Source: a virus (lineage: Duplodnaviria > Caudoviricetes). From it: a stretch of DNA of 25,465 nucleotides. Shown here in pieces: positions 6,889 through 15,906 of this stretch. A program made the position numbers and the translations under genes. Where the stretch lies: IMG/VR virus record IMGVR_UViG_3300004774_000015, positions 1 to 25,465 of that record; one strand, given 5' to 3'. Numbering within the stretch: the stretch's first letter is position 1; the number at the start of each line of letters is the position of its first letter. A model generated the notes under the pieces. It made no database searches, was not told the origin of the DNA, and was given only the letters and a program-made list of their open reading frames with translations.

Positions 6889-9471
6889 ATGTCATTAGTT
6901 TCAAGGCTTGGCATTGTTTTAGGTTTAGATTCAGCCGAATTTAGTGCTGGTCTTGGCAAGGCTGAAAGTAGTCTTGGAAAATTTGGCACATCCTCATTAG
7001 CGGCTGGTGTTTCTGTTGCGGCAATTGGCACGGCATTCATAAGTGCGGCATCAAGCGCAGTTATGTTTGCTGATGGCATTAATGATATAGCCCAAGCAAA
7101 TAATTTAGCAGTTAGTTCAGTTTTAGAATTTACACAAGCCCTTTCTGTTAGTGGTGGTCATGCTGAAAATGCAACAAAACTTCTTTCAAGTTTAACCAAC
7201 AAAATAGATGAAGCCGCTGGTGGCTCTCAAAAAACTCGCGATAGATTTAAAGAGTTAGGCATATCACTTAAAGATTTAGGCACTTTAAGCGAACAGGATT
7301 TGCTTGAAAAAACCATTCAAGGTTTAGCACAAATTCCTGACACAATACATCGTAATGCTTTGGCATTTGAAATATTTGGCAAAGCAATTAAAGGCGTTGA
7401 CATTGTTGGTTTTAATGAACAATTGCAAGCCCTTAAAGGCACGGGCGCGGATGCAGATAAGCCATTTTCAGATATTGGCGATTCATTAGATAGACTTGAT
7501 GTATTAAGTCGCAAAATGAAAACTGATATGGCAATTGGTATTGCTGAACCATTAAAAATTGCAACTGAAGCTGTATCAAATTTTTATGATTGGCTTACTA
7601 AAATAAACGGCTGGTTGGAAAACCATACAGGCGGTTTTAATTTGTGGGATTTTATATTGCCTTGGAAGGGTGCGGTAAAATATGACACAAAGATTGCTGA
7701 ATGGATAGCCGCAAAACGCAAGGCAATGCAAGATGATGCCAATTCAGGACATTACACGCCAATTGATACAATGGTTCATCCTGATTATGGAAGCGCATCC
7801 GACCCTAATAAAAGAACAATAGCACAAACGCCCGAACAAATTGCCGCGGCAAAAAAACTTGCTGATGAATACAAAAAGCAATCAGAAGCATTGTCGCAAC
7901 AAGAATTACAAATTCAAAGGCAAATAGATGGGATTGGATTAGAGCAAACTGGCTATGAAAAATTAGCTATTGAATTTGAAAAAGGTGGTAAATATTATCA
8001 GTTGCGTGGGACTGCCGAAGAAAAAACCATACTAAATCAACAAAAGATTTTAGACCAAAAAACGCAAGAATATAAACGCGCCCAAGCACTTGCCCAATTG
8101 CAAATTCAAGCGGCTAAAACCTATCAAACTCAACTTGATTCTGCAAATCTTGAAAAGGATAGATTAGATTATGCCACATCATTAGTTGGTCAATCCGATG
8201 CTCAAATTGCAAAAGCATTGGAATTATTTGATGTTGAAAAAGAAATTATCAAGCTGAAAAAAGATAATCCCGCCATGACTGATAGGGATTTAGAAGCAAT
8301 TAAAGCGGCAAAAATTGCCGCAATTAATGCTAAAGAATTAAACAGCAAATCCAAGATTTATCAAACTACTTTAGACACAATTCAATTAGAGCAGGACAGA
8401 ATTGATTACGCTTCAACATTAGTTGGACAAGCTGATTCACAAGTTAATAAAGCAATGGCTTTATATGATGTTGAAAAGGAAATGATTAAATTAAAAAAAG
8501 ATAATCCATCAATGTCTGATGCTGAAATAGCAAAAATTAAAGCTGGAAAAGTTGCTCTTATTAACTCACAAGAATTAACCAACCAAGCAAAATTTTATCA
8601 AACAACTATGGAAACCGCACAACTTGAAAAAGAAAGAATAGATTATGCAACAACATTAATTGGAATGTCTGATTCTCAAGTGCAAAAAGCAATGGCTTTA
8701 TATGATGTTGAAAAAGAAATGATAAAGATTAAAAAAGAAAATCCAAATATGAAACAAGAAGAATTGGATAATATTAGAGCAGTTAAAGTTGCAACTATTG
8801 AATCGCAAGAAACCAATACACGCGCATCCAAAACATTTCAAGCGGGATGGGATAAGGCATGGTCAAACTATAAAGAAAGGGCTTTAGATTCTGCCGCAAT
8901 TGCACAGAAAGGGTTTGATAGCATGACATCAAGCATGGAATCAGCCTTGGATAATTTTGTTTCAACTGGCAAACTATCATTTTCAAGTTTGGCGCAATCA
9001 ATTATTCAAGATTTAATTAAAATTCAATTAAAAGCGCAAGTAACGGGATTGTTTAGTTTGCTAACAGGTGGCGCAGGCGCAAGTGGCGGTGGTTTAAATG
9101 ATATGTTTAGTGGAATATGGGGGTCAGCCCCATTAGGCGAAGCAGGGACAGGTTCGGGCATTGCGGGCTTCTTATCAGGGTTGGGATTTGCTGATGGTGG
9201 TTCACCGCCAATTGGTAAGGCAAGTTTGGTTGGTGAAAGAGGCGCGGAATTATTTATTCCCAAAACCGCAGGAACAATTATTCCAAACAATCAATTGTCT
9301 TCAATGATGGGCAATCAACCCCAAGTCGTTTATAATGCACCATATATTGCAAATTTGCAGACCATTGATTCTAAATCATTTGAACAGCGTTTATATCAAT
9401 CGTCAGGGGCAGTTTGGGCGGCAAATGCTTATGCCAATAAATCAATGGCAACGACAGGTGGCAGAACATGA
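6889..9471 (+). CDS. Tail tape measure protein (lambda-like C-terminus)
   Basis: 860 aa, helical; N-term 'LGIVLGLDSAEFSAGL'; C-term 'TGKLSFSSLAQSIIQDLIKIQLK' and 'FADGG...LVGERGAELFIP'. Confidence 0.93.
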   Translation: MSLVSRLGIVLGLDSAEFSAGLGKAESSLGKFGTSSLAAGVSVAAIGTAFISAASSAVMFADGINDIAQANNLAVSSVLEFTQALSVSGGHAENATKLLSSLTNKIDEAAGGSQKTRDRFKELGISLKDLGTLSEQDLLEKTIQGLAQIPDTIHRNALAFEIFGKAIKGVDIVGFNEQLQALKGTGADADKPFSDIGDSLDRLDVLSRKMKTDMAIGIAEPLKIATEAVSNFYDWLTKINGWLENHTGGFNLWDFILPWKGAVKYDTKIAEWIAAKRKAMQDDANSGHYTPIDTMVHPDYGSASDPNKRTIAQTPEQIAAAKKLADEYKKQSEALSQQELQIQRQIDGIGLEQTGYEKLAIEFEKGGKYYQLRGTAEEKTILNQQKILDQKTQEYKRAQALAQLQIQAAKTYQTQLDSANLEKDRLDYATSLVGQSDAQIAKALELFDVEKEIIKLKKDNPAMTDRDLEAIKAAKIAAINAKELNSKSKIYQTTLDTIQLEQDRIDYASTLVGQADSQVNKAMALYDVEKEMIKLKKDNPSMSDAEIAKIKAGKVALINSQELTNQAKFYQTTMETAQLEKERIDYATTLIGMSDSQVQKAMALYDVEKEMIKIKKENPNMKQEELDNIRAVKVATIESQETNTRASKTFQAGWDKAWSNYKERALDSAAIAQKGFDSMTSSMESALDNFVSTGKLSFSSLAQSIIQDLIKIQLKAQVTGLFSLLTGGAGASGGGLNDMFSGIWGSAPLGEAGTGSGIAGFLSGLGFADGGSPPIGKASLVGERGAELFIPKTAGTIIPNNQLSSMMGNQPQVVYNAPYIANLQTIDSKSFEQRLYQSSGAVWAANAYANKSMATTGGRT
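8116..8829 (+). repeat. Three tandem 237-bp (79-aa) repeats within the tape measure gene
   Basis: GATGTTGAAAA recurs at 8230, 8467 and 8704 (period 237). Units start KTYQT/KIYQT/KFYQT and share DYA..L.G..D.Q..KA..L.DVEKE.IK.KK.NP. Confidence 0.95.
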
Positions 9472-10127
9472 GTTTCCAAGACATTTTAGAAATCAGTCAA
9501 TCAATTGGCGTTAATGACCATCGCGTTGTTGGACAGCAAGTTAGCCGTTCAGGACAAGTTACTGTTGCACAATATGTGACAGCCGTGCCATTTGTATTTA
9601 CAGTTAAACCACATAATTTTTTATACTATCCACAGGCAAGAAAAATTCTTAATGATTTAAGAATTTTAGACAGGCAAATTCCTGATTCAATTTATTTTAA
9701 TAGCATAAATTTAAAATGGTTTACTGCTAATCAAGGACAATTAACAACATTACAATATAATTCATTGCAACTTAATGCCATTCCAGCCGCCAATTCAACA
9801 ATTTTTGTAATGAAAAATTTACCATCGGTTTCTGCTGGAACAATTATATTTAAAGAGGGTGATTATGTAATGGTTGGAAGTTATCCCTATATAGTAACAA
9901 ATGAAGTTGACAGGGGGTCGGGAACAACTGTTAATGTAAATGTTCACCGACCAATTATTATTGATTTATCTGTAACTGTTGGTTCAGTTATTTATAGTGG
10001 AAACAATGTTTCATTTTATGTAATGATGGAATCATATCCAACTTATACTTTAATTCCAATGACTAATGGCGCATGGATTCAATGGGATTCTGATTTTGTT
10101 TTTAGAGAAGCAATAGGACAACCATAA
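9468..10127 (+). CDS. Distal tail (Dit-like) protein
   Basis: ATGA-coupled directly after the tape measure; beta-rich; ends 'FVFREA'. Confidence 0.6.
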   Translation: MSFQDILEISQSIGVNDHRVVGQQVSRSGQVTVAQYVTAVPFVFTVKPHNFLYYPQARKILNDLRILDRQIPDSIYFNSINLKWFTANQGQLTTLQYNSLQLNAIPAANSTIFVMKNLPSVSAGTIIFKEGDYVMVGSYPYIVTNEVDRGSGTTVNVNVHRPIIIDLSVTVGSVIYSGNNVSFYVMMESYPTYTLIPMTNGAWIQWDSDFVFREAIGQP

Positions 10128-10774
10128 TGGCAACAACAATTGCGGCAATCAACAATAATCCAAACATAACACATTCTGAATTTATCAGATTGACTATGAC
10201 AACTGGCACTTATACTTTTTGTTCAGCGGCATCACCAATAACTGTGGCTGGGGTTACTTATACAGGGCTTGGTTCATTGCTTTCAATTAGCAATGTAACT
10301 CAAGATGTAAAATCAACAAGCAAAGATTTAACCATTTCACTTGCTGGCGTTGATGGTGTCAATGTTGGACTTGTATTACAAAATGATATTAAAGGAAGCA
10401 CAGTTGAGGTTTGGCGTGGTTTTTTTAATGGCAACAATCAAATTTTAACTATTGGTGGAGTTTTACAATTTTTTAAACGCTATCAAGGAATTGTTAATAA
10501 CATTAACATTCAAGAAACTTTTGATGACCAATTAAGACGCAGAATTGCAACTGTTTCAATTTCTTGCGCTTCATTTAAAGTTGTTTTACAAAATAGAATA
10601 TCGGGCGAAAAAACAACATCAACATTGTGGCAAAATAAGCATCCTAATGACACATCAATGAATCGTGTTGCAGTTATCACAGCGCAATATTTTGATTTTG
10701 GTAAAGCCCCAACTGGTGGTGGACAGCCAACCCCAACAGCCCCAGCAAATTATTCCGCAGGAAGTTTAGGTTGA
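10127..10774 (+). CDS. Tail tip / baseplate hub protein (gpL-like)
   Basis: 'ITVAGVTYTGLGSLLSIS', 'LTISLAGVD', 'VEVWRGFF', 'RYQGIVNN', 'HPNDTSM'; synteny. Confidence 0.65.
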   Translation: MATTIAAINNNPNITHSEFIRLTMTTGTYTFCSAASPITVAGVTYTGLGSLLSISNVTQDVKSTSKDLTISLAGVDGVNVGLVLQNDIKGSTVEVWRGFFNGNNQILTIGGVLQFFKRYQGIVNNINIQETFDDQLRRRIATVSISCASFKVVLQNRISGEKTTSTLWQNKHPNDTSMNRVAVITAQYFDFGKAPTGGGQPTPTAPANYSAGSLG

Positions 10775-11217
10775 TAAGAAAAGCAAATAAATTTGATATC
10801 CCAATTTTGGCTGAATTTATGCGACACTATGCCGCAGAATCACCAGTTAAAATTTTAAATAATGCTGAACATCACGATGATAATTATATTGCTAATTTAT
10901 TAAATAGCATTATAGCAGGGCGTGGATTTATATTAGTTGATGACGAAATAAATGGAATGATTGCGGCAATAATAACGCCCAATATTTGGTGTCAAAAAGT
11001 ATTGGAATTGCATGAATTGGCTTGGTGGATTAAGCCCGAACATCGCAACTGGATATTAGGTGGCAGGCTTTGGAAAGCATTTAATGATGAAGCGGATAAA
11101 ATGCTAAAAGAAAATCGCGTGCAATTAGTAATGGTTACAAAAATGGCAACATCGCCTGATTTAAACTATGAAAAACGCGGTTTTAAATTATTAGATATGA
11201 ATTATTTTAAGGAATAA
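10771..11217 (+). CDS. GNAT-family acetyltransferase-like protein
   Basis: TTG start overlapping the previous TGA; 'MIRKANKFDIP', 'ELAWWIKPEHR...GGRL', 'YEKRGF' are GNAT motifs. Confidence 0.8.
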   Translation: MIRKANKFDIPILAEFMRHYAAESPVKILNNAEHHDDNYIANLLNSIIAGRGFILVDDEINGMIAAIITPNIWCQKVLELHELAWWIKPEHRNWILGGRLWKAFNDEADKMLKENRVQLVMVTKMATSPDLNYEKRGFKLLDMNYFKE

Positions 11218-11219
11218 AA

Positions 11220-14200
11220 ATGCCAGCCGCATTAATAGCCGTTTTTGAATTTGTGGGAATGTCAACTGCCATTGCGACAATTGCCGCAAACATGGTCATA
11301 ACATTTGCTGTTTCAGCAGTTTTTACACGATTATTTTCACCTAAAATCCCAAGCGGCACAAATCAATCATTGCCTGACCAAGGCGTTAGACAACAAATTC
11401 CGCCATCAACCACAAATAGTTTACCAATTGTTTATGGTGATGCTTATTTAGGTGGCACATTTGTTGATGCCGCTTTATCGCAAGACCAAAAATATATGTG
11501 GTATGTTTTGGCAATTTCCAGCATTTCACCCAATGGACAATTTAGTTTTGATACAACCAATTTTTATTATGGGGACAGAAAAGTTGCATTTAGTGGAACA
11601 ACAGTTGCTTCTTTAACTGACGGGACAGGAAATGTTGATACAAGCATTGCTGGAAATTTTAATATTTGGTTATTTACTTCAAATGCAAGTGGAACAATTA
11701 CGCCATTAAATTCATCATTACAACCTTATCAAGTGATGGCATATAGTGCAAGCGACCAATCAACTGTTCCATCATCATTAGCTTGGGCTTCAACCAATCG
11801 TCAAATGAATGGTTTGGCTTTTGCAATTGTTAAACTTCATTACAATCAACAGGCAGGCATTACAGGATTGCAACCCATTACATTTAGATGCAGTCATTAT
11901 TTAAACAGTCAAGGATGTGCAAAAGCTGGTGATGTTTGGGTTGATTATTTATCAAACACAAATTATGGCGGTGCTGTTCCATCAAATCTTATTGATACAA
12001 CATCAGCCACAGCATTAAATACTTATGGTGATACAACAATTCCCTATATTAATAATGTTGGCGTGGCTTCTACAATGCCCCGTTATAGAATTAATGGAGT
12101 ATTGGACACAGCAACAAATATATTGGATAACATTGATAAAATTTTAATTGCGGCTGATTCTTGGATGGCTTACAACGCGGCTCAAGGGCAATGGAGTATT
12201 GTTATCAATCAAACGGCAACTTCCTCATTTAGTTTTACTGATGATAATATTATTGGGGAAATAACAGTTGGATTAACCGATATTAATCAATCCGTAAATC
12301 AAATTGAAGCGCGTTTCCCAAATGGATTAAATAAAGATATTTCAGATTTTGTTGCATTGCAAACTTCATCAGGGCTTTTATATGCCAATGAACCAGTTAA
12401 TAAACAAACTATTGATTTTAATTTAGTAAACAATAATGTAACTGTTCAATATTTAGCCAATAAAATATTAAAGCAAGCGCGTGAAGATTTGCTTGTTTCT
12501 TTTGCATCAAATTATCAAGGCATTCAAGTTAATGCTGGTGATGTTGTTACAGTAACAAATACGGCTTATGGCTGGTCAAGTAAATTATTTAGAGTGATGC
12601 AAGTTAATGAAGCATCATTGCCTGATGGAAGTTTAGGCGCATCGTTCCAAATGATTGAATACAATCCAACAGTTTATGATGTTTCAAGCATTACACAATA
12701 TCAACCCGCCCCTAATAGTAGCATTCCATTCTTGGGTTATTTTGGGGCATTATCCGCACCAACTGTTACAGACCAACAACCTAATGCCGCTGTTCCAAGT
12801 TTTTCTGTTAATTGTGTTTTGCCATCTGTTGGACAAATTTTAAGCGTTACATTGTTTTATACTAATGTGGCATCACCATCAACAACTGATTGGGTTTTAT
12901 GGGGTGTTTTAACGGCTTCTAATTCAAGCCCATTTACTAATGGCACAACATTAAAATTTCCACACATTGGGCTTCCAACTGATACTTATTATTTTGCATT
13001 TTTAGTTGGTAATAATTCGGGCAATTCTGCATTAAGCGCACAATCATCTAGTTATGTTTGGTCACCTAATCCATCAACATCAGCGGTGGCAGGCACATTT
13101 ATTTCGCAATTTAGCCCTCAAAATTTATCTGTTCCTTATGATGGAACAACGGCAACATTGACAGGAATTATTCCAACGCTTTATGGTAATGCCGCTGGCG
13201 GTTCAATTGATTTTGTTGGCGCACAAACTGATACTGATTCATTATTTGTAAATAACACATGGCGCATTGGCGGCAGTTCAACCACAGGTTATGGGGACAT
13301 TGTTAAATCAGGCATTACTATTGGCAATCCAAGTGATGGTGGATTTTATGCGTTATTTCCAACGCCAACAGCCATGTCAACTAATCCAGCAACCATTGTT
13401 GTTCCAGTTAGATATAAAGGGTCAACAGGCGCGGTTACGCAAGGCGCAAATGCCACATTGCAATTAGTTTATGCGGTTAAAGGGGCAACGGGGACTGCTG
13501 GCGCAAATGCTAATAAAAATGGCATTGCTTACTTATATCAATGGGCAACCACAACGCCAAGTAATCCAACAGGTTATTCAACATTTACATGGGCATCATT
13601 AACTAATAGTAGTTATACAGGCGGGGGAAGTTGGACAACATCCATTCCCGCAAATCCATCAACTGCTGGCATTGCTTTATGGCAAGCGGCAATTGCGGTG
13701 GTTGATGTAACAACAGCGGTAACTTCATCAGTTAATTGGGCAAGTGGATTTTCAATTAGCAATATTTCTCAAAATGGAGTTGCTGGAACAAACGGAACAA
13801 ATGGTGCAAATGGTGCAAATGGAACACAAACTGCTATTGCCGCAGTTTTCCAATGGGCTTTAACTATTCCTGCCGCACCAACTGGCACGGCAACATATAC
13901 ATGGTCATCAGGAACATTTACACCAACGCCAAGCGGATGGACATTAAGCCCAACGGCATCACCAAGTGTTGGTTATACATTATGGCAAGCAAGTGTTCGT
14001 TTGCTTGATACTGCAACAGTAACCACATCCACAATTAATTGGACATCATCAACAATTTCAGCCGTTGGTTATGCAGGCACAAATGGAGTGCAAGGGACAT
14101 CAGCAAGGACTTGCTATACAAAAACAACATTATCTGCATTAGCAACTACACCAACAACAATTACAACAACTGGGTCAACATCCTTTCCGCCTAATGATTC

Positions 14201-15335
14201 ATGGGGAACAGGCACAGTTTGGGGGGCAACAGCACCAGCAATTGTTGCGGGCGAATCAGTATATCAATCTGATGGTTTTTATGACCCATCAACATCAACC
14301 CCAAGCACAGTTTGGAATGTGCCATATCTTTCAACATTAAAAGTTGGTTCACTTTCAGCTATATCAGCCAATTTGGGTTCAATAACAAGCGGAAATATTG
14401 TTCTTAATTCATCAAGTTATATTGAGGGCGGACAGACTGCATTTAATACAGGGTCAGGATTCTTTTTAGGGTATGACACAACAACAACATCAGCATATAA
14501 ATTTAGTATTGGCAGTCCATCGGCACAATATTTAACTTGGGATGGCTCATATTTAAGAAGTAGCGGAATGCCAAAGCAAGCAGGAATGCAAGTTTTTACA
14601 TCAACTACAACTTTTAATGTTCCAGTTGGAATTTATGTTTTATATGTTACACAAATTGCAGGCGGTGGTGGTGGTGGTGCAAGGGGAACAAATGGCGGGG
14701 CTGGTTATGGCACATATTTAGGTGGTGGCGGTGGTGCTGGTGATGTAAAAGAATGGATTAGAATTCCAGCAAGCGGACAATTTTCAGGCGATGGAACAGA
14801 ACAACTTTTAATTACTGTTGGGCAAGGTGGAACAGCAGGAACATCGGCAGTTGGTGGATATACAACAGTATGGTCATCAGCAAAATCAGGGGGTGATGGA
14901 ACAGCATCAAGCGTTGCATTAGTTGGTGGTGCAACTTATGTTACAGTTGGCGGTGGGTTTGGTGGTTATAATGATTCCTATGTTTATAATTATCCATCAA
15001 ATCCAGTTTTACCTTGGCAGGGAATAAGTGCAAACCTAACAACTTGCATAACACAATATACTTTGGACAGATTTGGACTTTACGAACCTGCTTATGGAAC
15101 AACTGGTTATACTTTTTTTAATTCGTTTACACAAACTTTTGGAAGTCCAAATGGCGTGGGAAATATATTAGGAAATGGCGACCAAATTAATGCAAACTTA
15201 TCATCAGGTGCATTAACAGTAATAAAATCATCCATTGCAGGAACAGGTGGTGCAGGTGGTAAAGTTAGCACGGCTAATGCTGTTATATCGGTTGCACAAT
15301 CGGGTCAAAATGGCATTGTTGTTTTGCAATGGTAA
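11220..15335 (+). CDS. Central tail tip / host-specificity protein (lambda gpJ-like) with repeated modules and Gly-rich C-terminal domain
   Basis: 1371 aa; 'LPIVYGDAYLGG', 'RYRINGVLDT', 'NQIEARFPN', 'GDVVTVT...KLFRVMQV'; C-terminal 'TFNVPVGIYVLYVTQIAGGGGGG...GQNGIVVLQW'. Confidence 0.88.
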   Translation: MPAALIAVFEFVGMSTAIATIAANMVITFAVSAVFTRLFSPKIPSGTNQSLPDQGVRQQIPPSTTNSLPIVYGDAYLGGTFVDAALSQDQKYMWYVLAISSISPNGQFSFDTTNFYYGDRKVAFSGTTVASLTDGTGNVDTSIAGNFNIWLFTSNASGTITPLNSSLQPYQVMAYSASDQSTVPSSLAWASTNRQMNGLAFAIVKLHYNQQAGITGLQPITFRCSHYLNSQGCAKAGDVWVDYLSNTNYGGAVPSNLIDTTSATALNTYGDTTIPYINNVGVASTMPRYRINGVLDTATNILDNIDKILIAADSWMAYNAAQGQWSIVINQTATSSFSFTDDNIIGEITVGLTDINQSVNQIEARFPNGLNKDISDFVALQTSSGLLYANEPVNKQTIDFNLVNNNVTVQYLANKILKQAREDLLVSFASNYQGIQVNAGDVVTVTNTAYGWSSKLFRVMQVNEASLPDGSLGASFQMIEYNPTVYDVSSITQYQPAPNSSIPFLGYFGALSAPTVTDQQPNAAVPSFSVNCVLPSVGQILSVTLFYTNVASPSTTDWVLWGVLTASNSSPFTNGTTLKFPHIGLPTDTYYFAFLVGNNSGNSALSAQSSSYVWSPNPSTSAVAGTFISQFSPQNLSVPYDGTTATLTGIIPTLYGNAAGGSIDFVGAQTDTDSLFVNNTWRIGGSSTTGYGDIVKSGITIGNPSDGGFYALFPTPTAMSTNPATIVVPVRYKGSTGAVTQGANATLQLVYAVKGATGTAGANANKNGIAYLYQWATTTPSNPTGYSTFTWASLTNSSYTGGGSWTTSIPANPSTAGIALWQAAIAVVDVTTAVTSSVNWASGFSISNISQNGVAGTNGTNGANGANGTQTAIAAVFQWALTIPAAPTGTATYTWSSGTFTPTPSGWTLSPTASPSVGYTLWQASVRLLDTATVTTSTINWTSSTISAVGYAGTNGVQGTSARTCYTKTTLSALATTPTTITTTGSTSFPPNDSWGTGTVWGATAPAIVAGESVYQSDGFYDPSTSTPSTVWNVPYLSTLKVGSLSAISANLGSITSGNIVLNSSSYIEGGQTAFNTGSGFFLGYDTTTTSAYKFSIGSPSAQYLTWDGSYLRSSGMPKQAGMQVFTSTTTFNVPVGIYVLYVTQIAGGGGGGARGTNGGAGYGTYLGGGGGAGDVKEWIRIPASGQFSGDGTEQLLITVGQGGTAGTSAVGGYTTVWSSAKSGGDGTASSVALVGGATYVTVGGGFGGYNDSYVYNYPSNPVLPWQGISANLTTCITQYTLDRFGLYEPAYGTTGYTFFNSFTQTFGSPNGVGNILGNGDQINANLSSGALTVIKSSIAGTGGAGGKVSTANAVISVAQSGQNGIVVLQW

Positions 15336-15423
15336 TTGACATATAATATTAAAAAAGATAAAACATTGCCGCCCTCGGTAAGCACATCGGGGCGTTATTT
15401 TACCAAGTGAGGGATGCGTAATG
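15336..15423 (+). promoter_or_regulatory. Intergenic regulatory region: possible sigma70 promoter plus alternative RNA hairpins overlapping the SD/AUG of the next gene
   Basis: TTGACA 15336-15341, 17 nt, then TAAAAC (imperfect -10). Hairpin 15370-15394 followed by TTATTTT. Alternative pairing of 15364-15381 with 15400-15423. Confidence 0.5.
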
Positions 15424-15906
15424 GCTATTTTTAATAAAAACACTTTGACCCAAGTTTCAGGGTTTGACAATCCAATTATTGCTGGCGAATTAGTTTACAA
15501 CCAAAAAACATTTTGGAATTTAACTATGCAGGCATCAGATGGCACGCCAATAAGTTTGGTGGGTGCAACAATAGATGCTTCAATTATTCGCAGACAATTA
15601 TCCAACATTCAAGACACGCGATATGGTTTAACATTTGACATTGCCGATTATACAGTTTCAACACCAACAGCAATTTCATTAACCATCAGCAATCGCGTTG
15701 ATGCTAATGGCACATTTACATTAACCATTGATGAATCAGCATGGTCAGTATTAACAAGTGACACGCAATTAGATATTAGTGCAACATCCCCTGTTGGCTT
15801 TAGTGGTCGCATAAAGATTAGTTTTCCAGCATCAGGCACAACCCCAGCCCAAGACAGCATTATTTTCTTATTGTTCTTGGTGCGTAGTGATGGAGTAACA
15901 AACTAA
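15421..15906 (+). CDS. BppU-like fibre/baseplate adapter protein
   Basis: 'WNLTMQASDGTPISLVGATIDASI', 'DANGTFTLTI' resemble the BppU N-terminal Ig-like domain; SD GAGGG; precedes the fibre gene. Confidence 0.6.
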   Translation: MAIFNKNTLTQVSGFDNPIIAGELVYNQKTFWNLTMQASDGTPISLVGATIDASIIRRQLSNIQDTRYGLTFDIADYTVSTPTAISLTISNRVDANGTFTLTIDESAWSVLTSDTQLDISATSPVGFSGRIKISFPASGTTPAQDSIIFLLFLVRSDGVTN

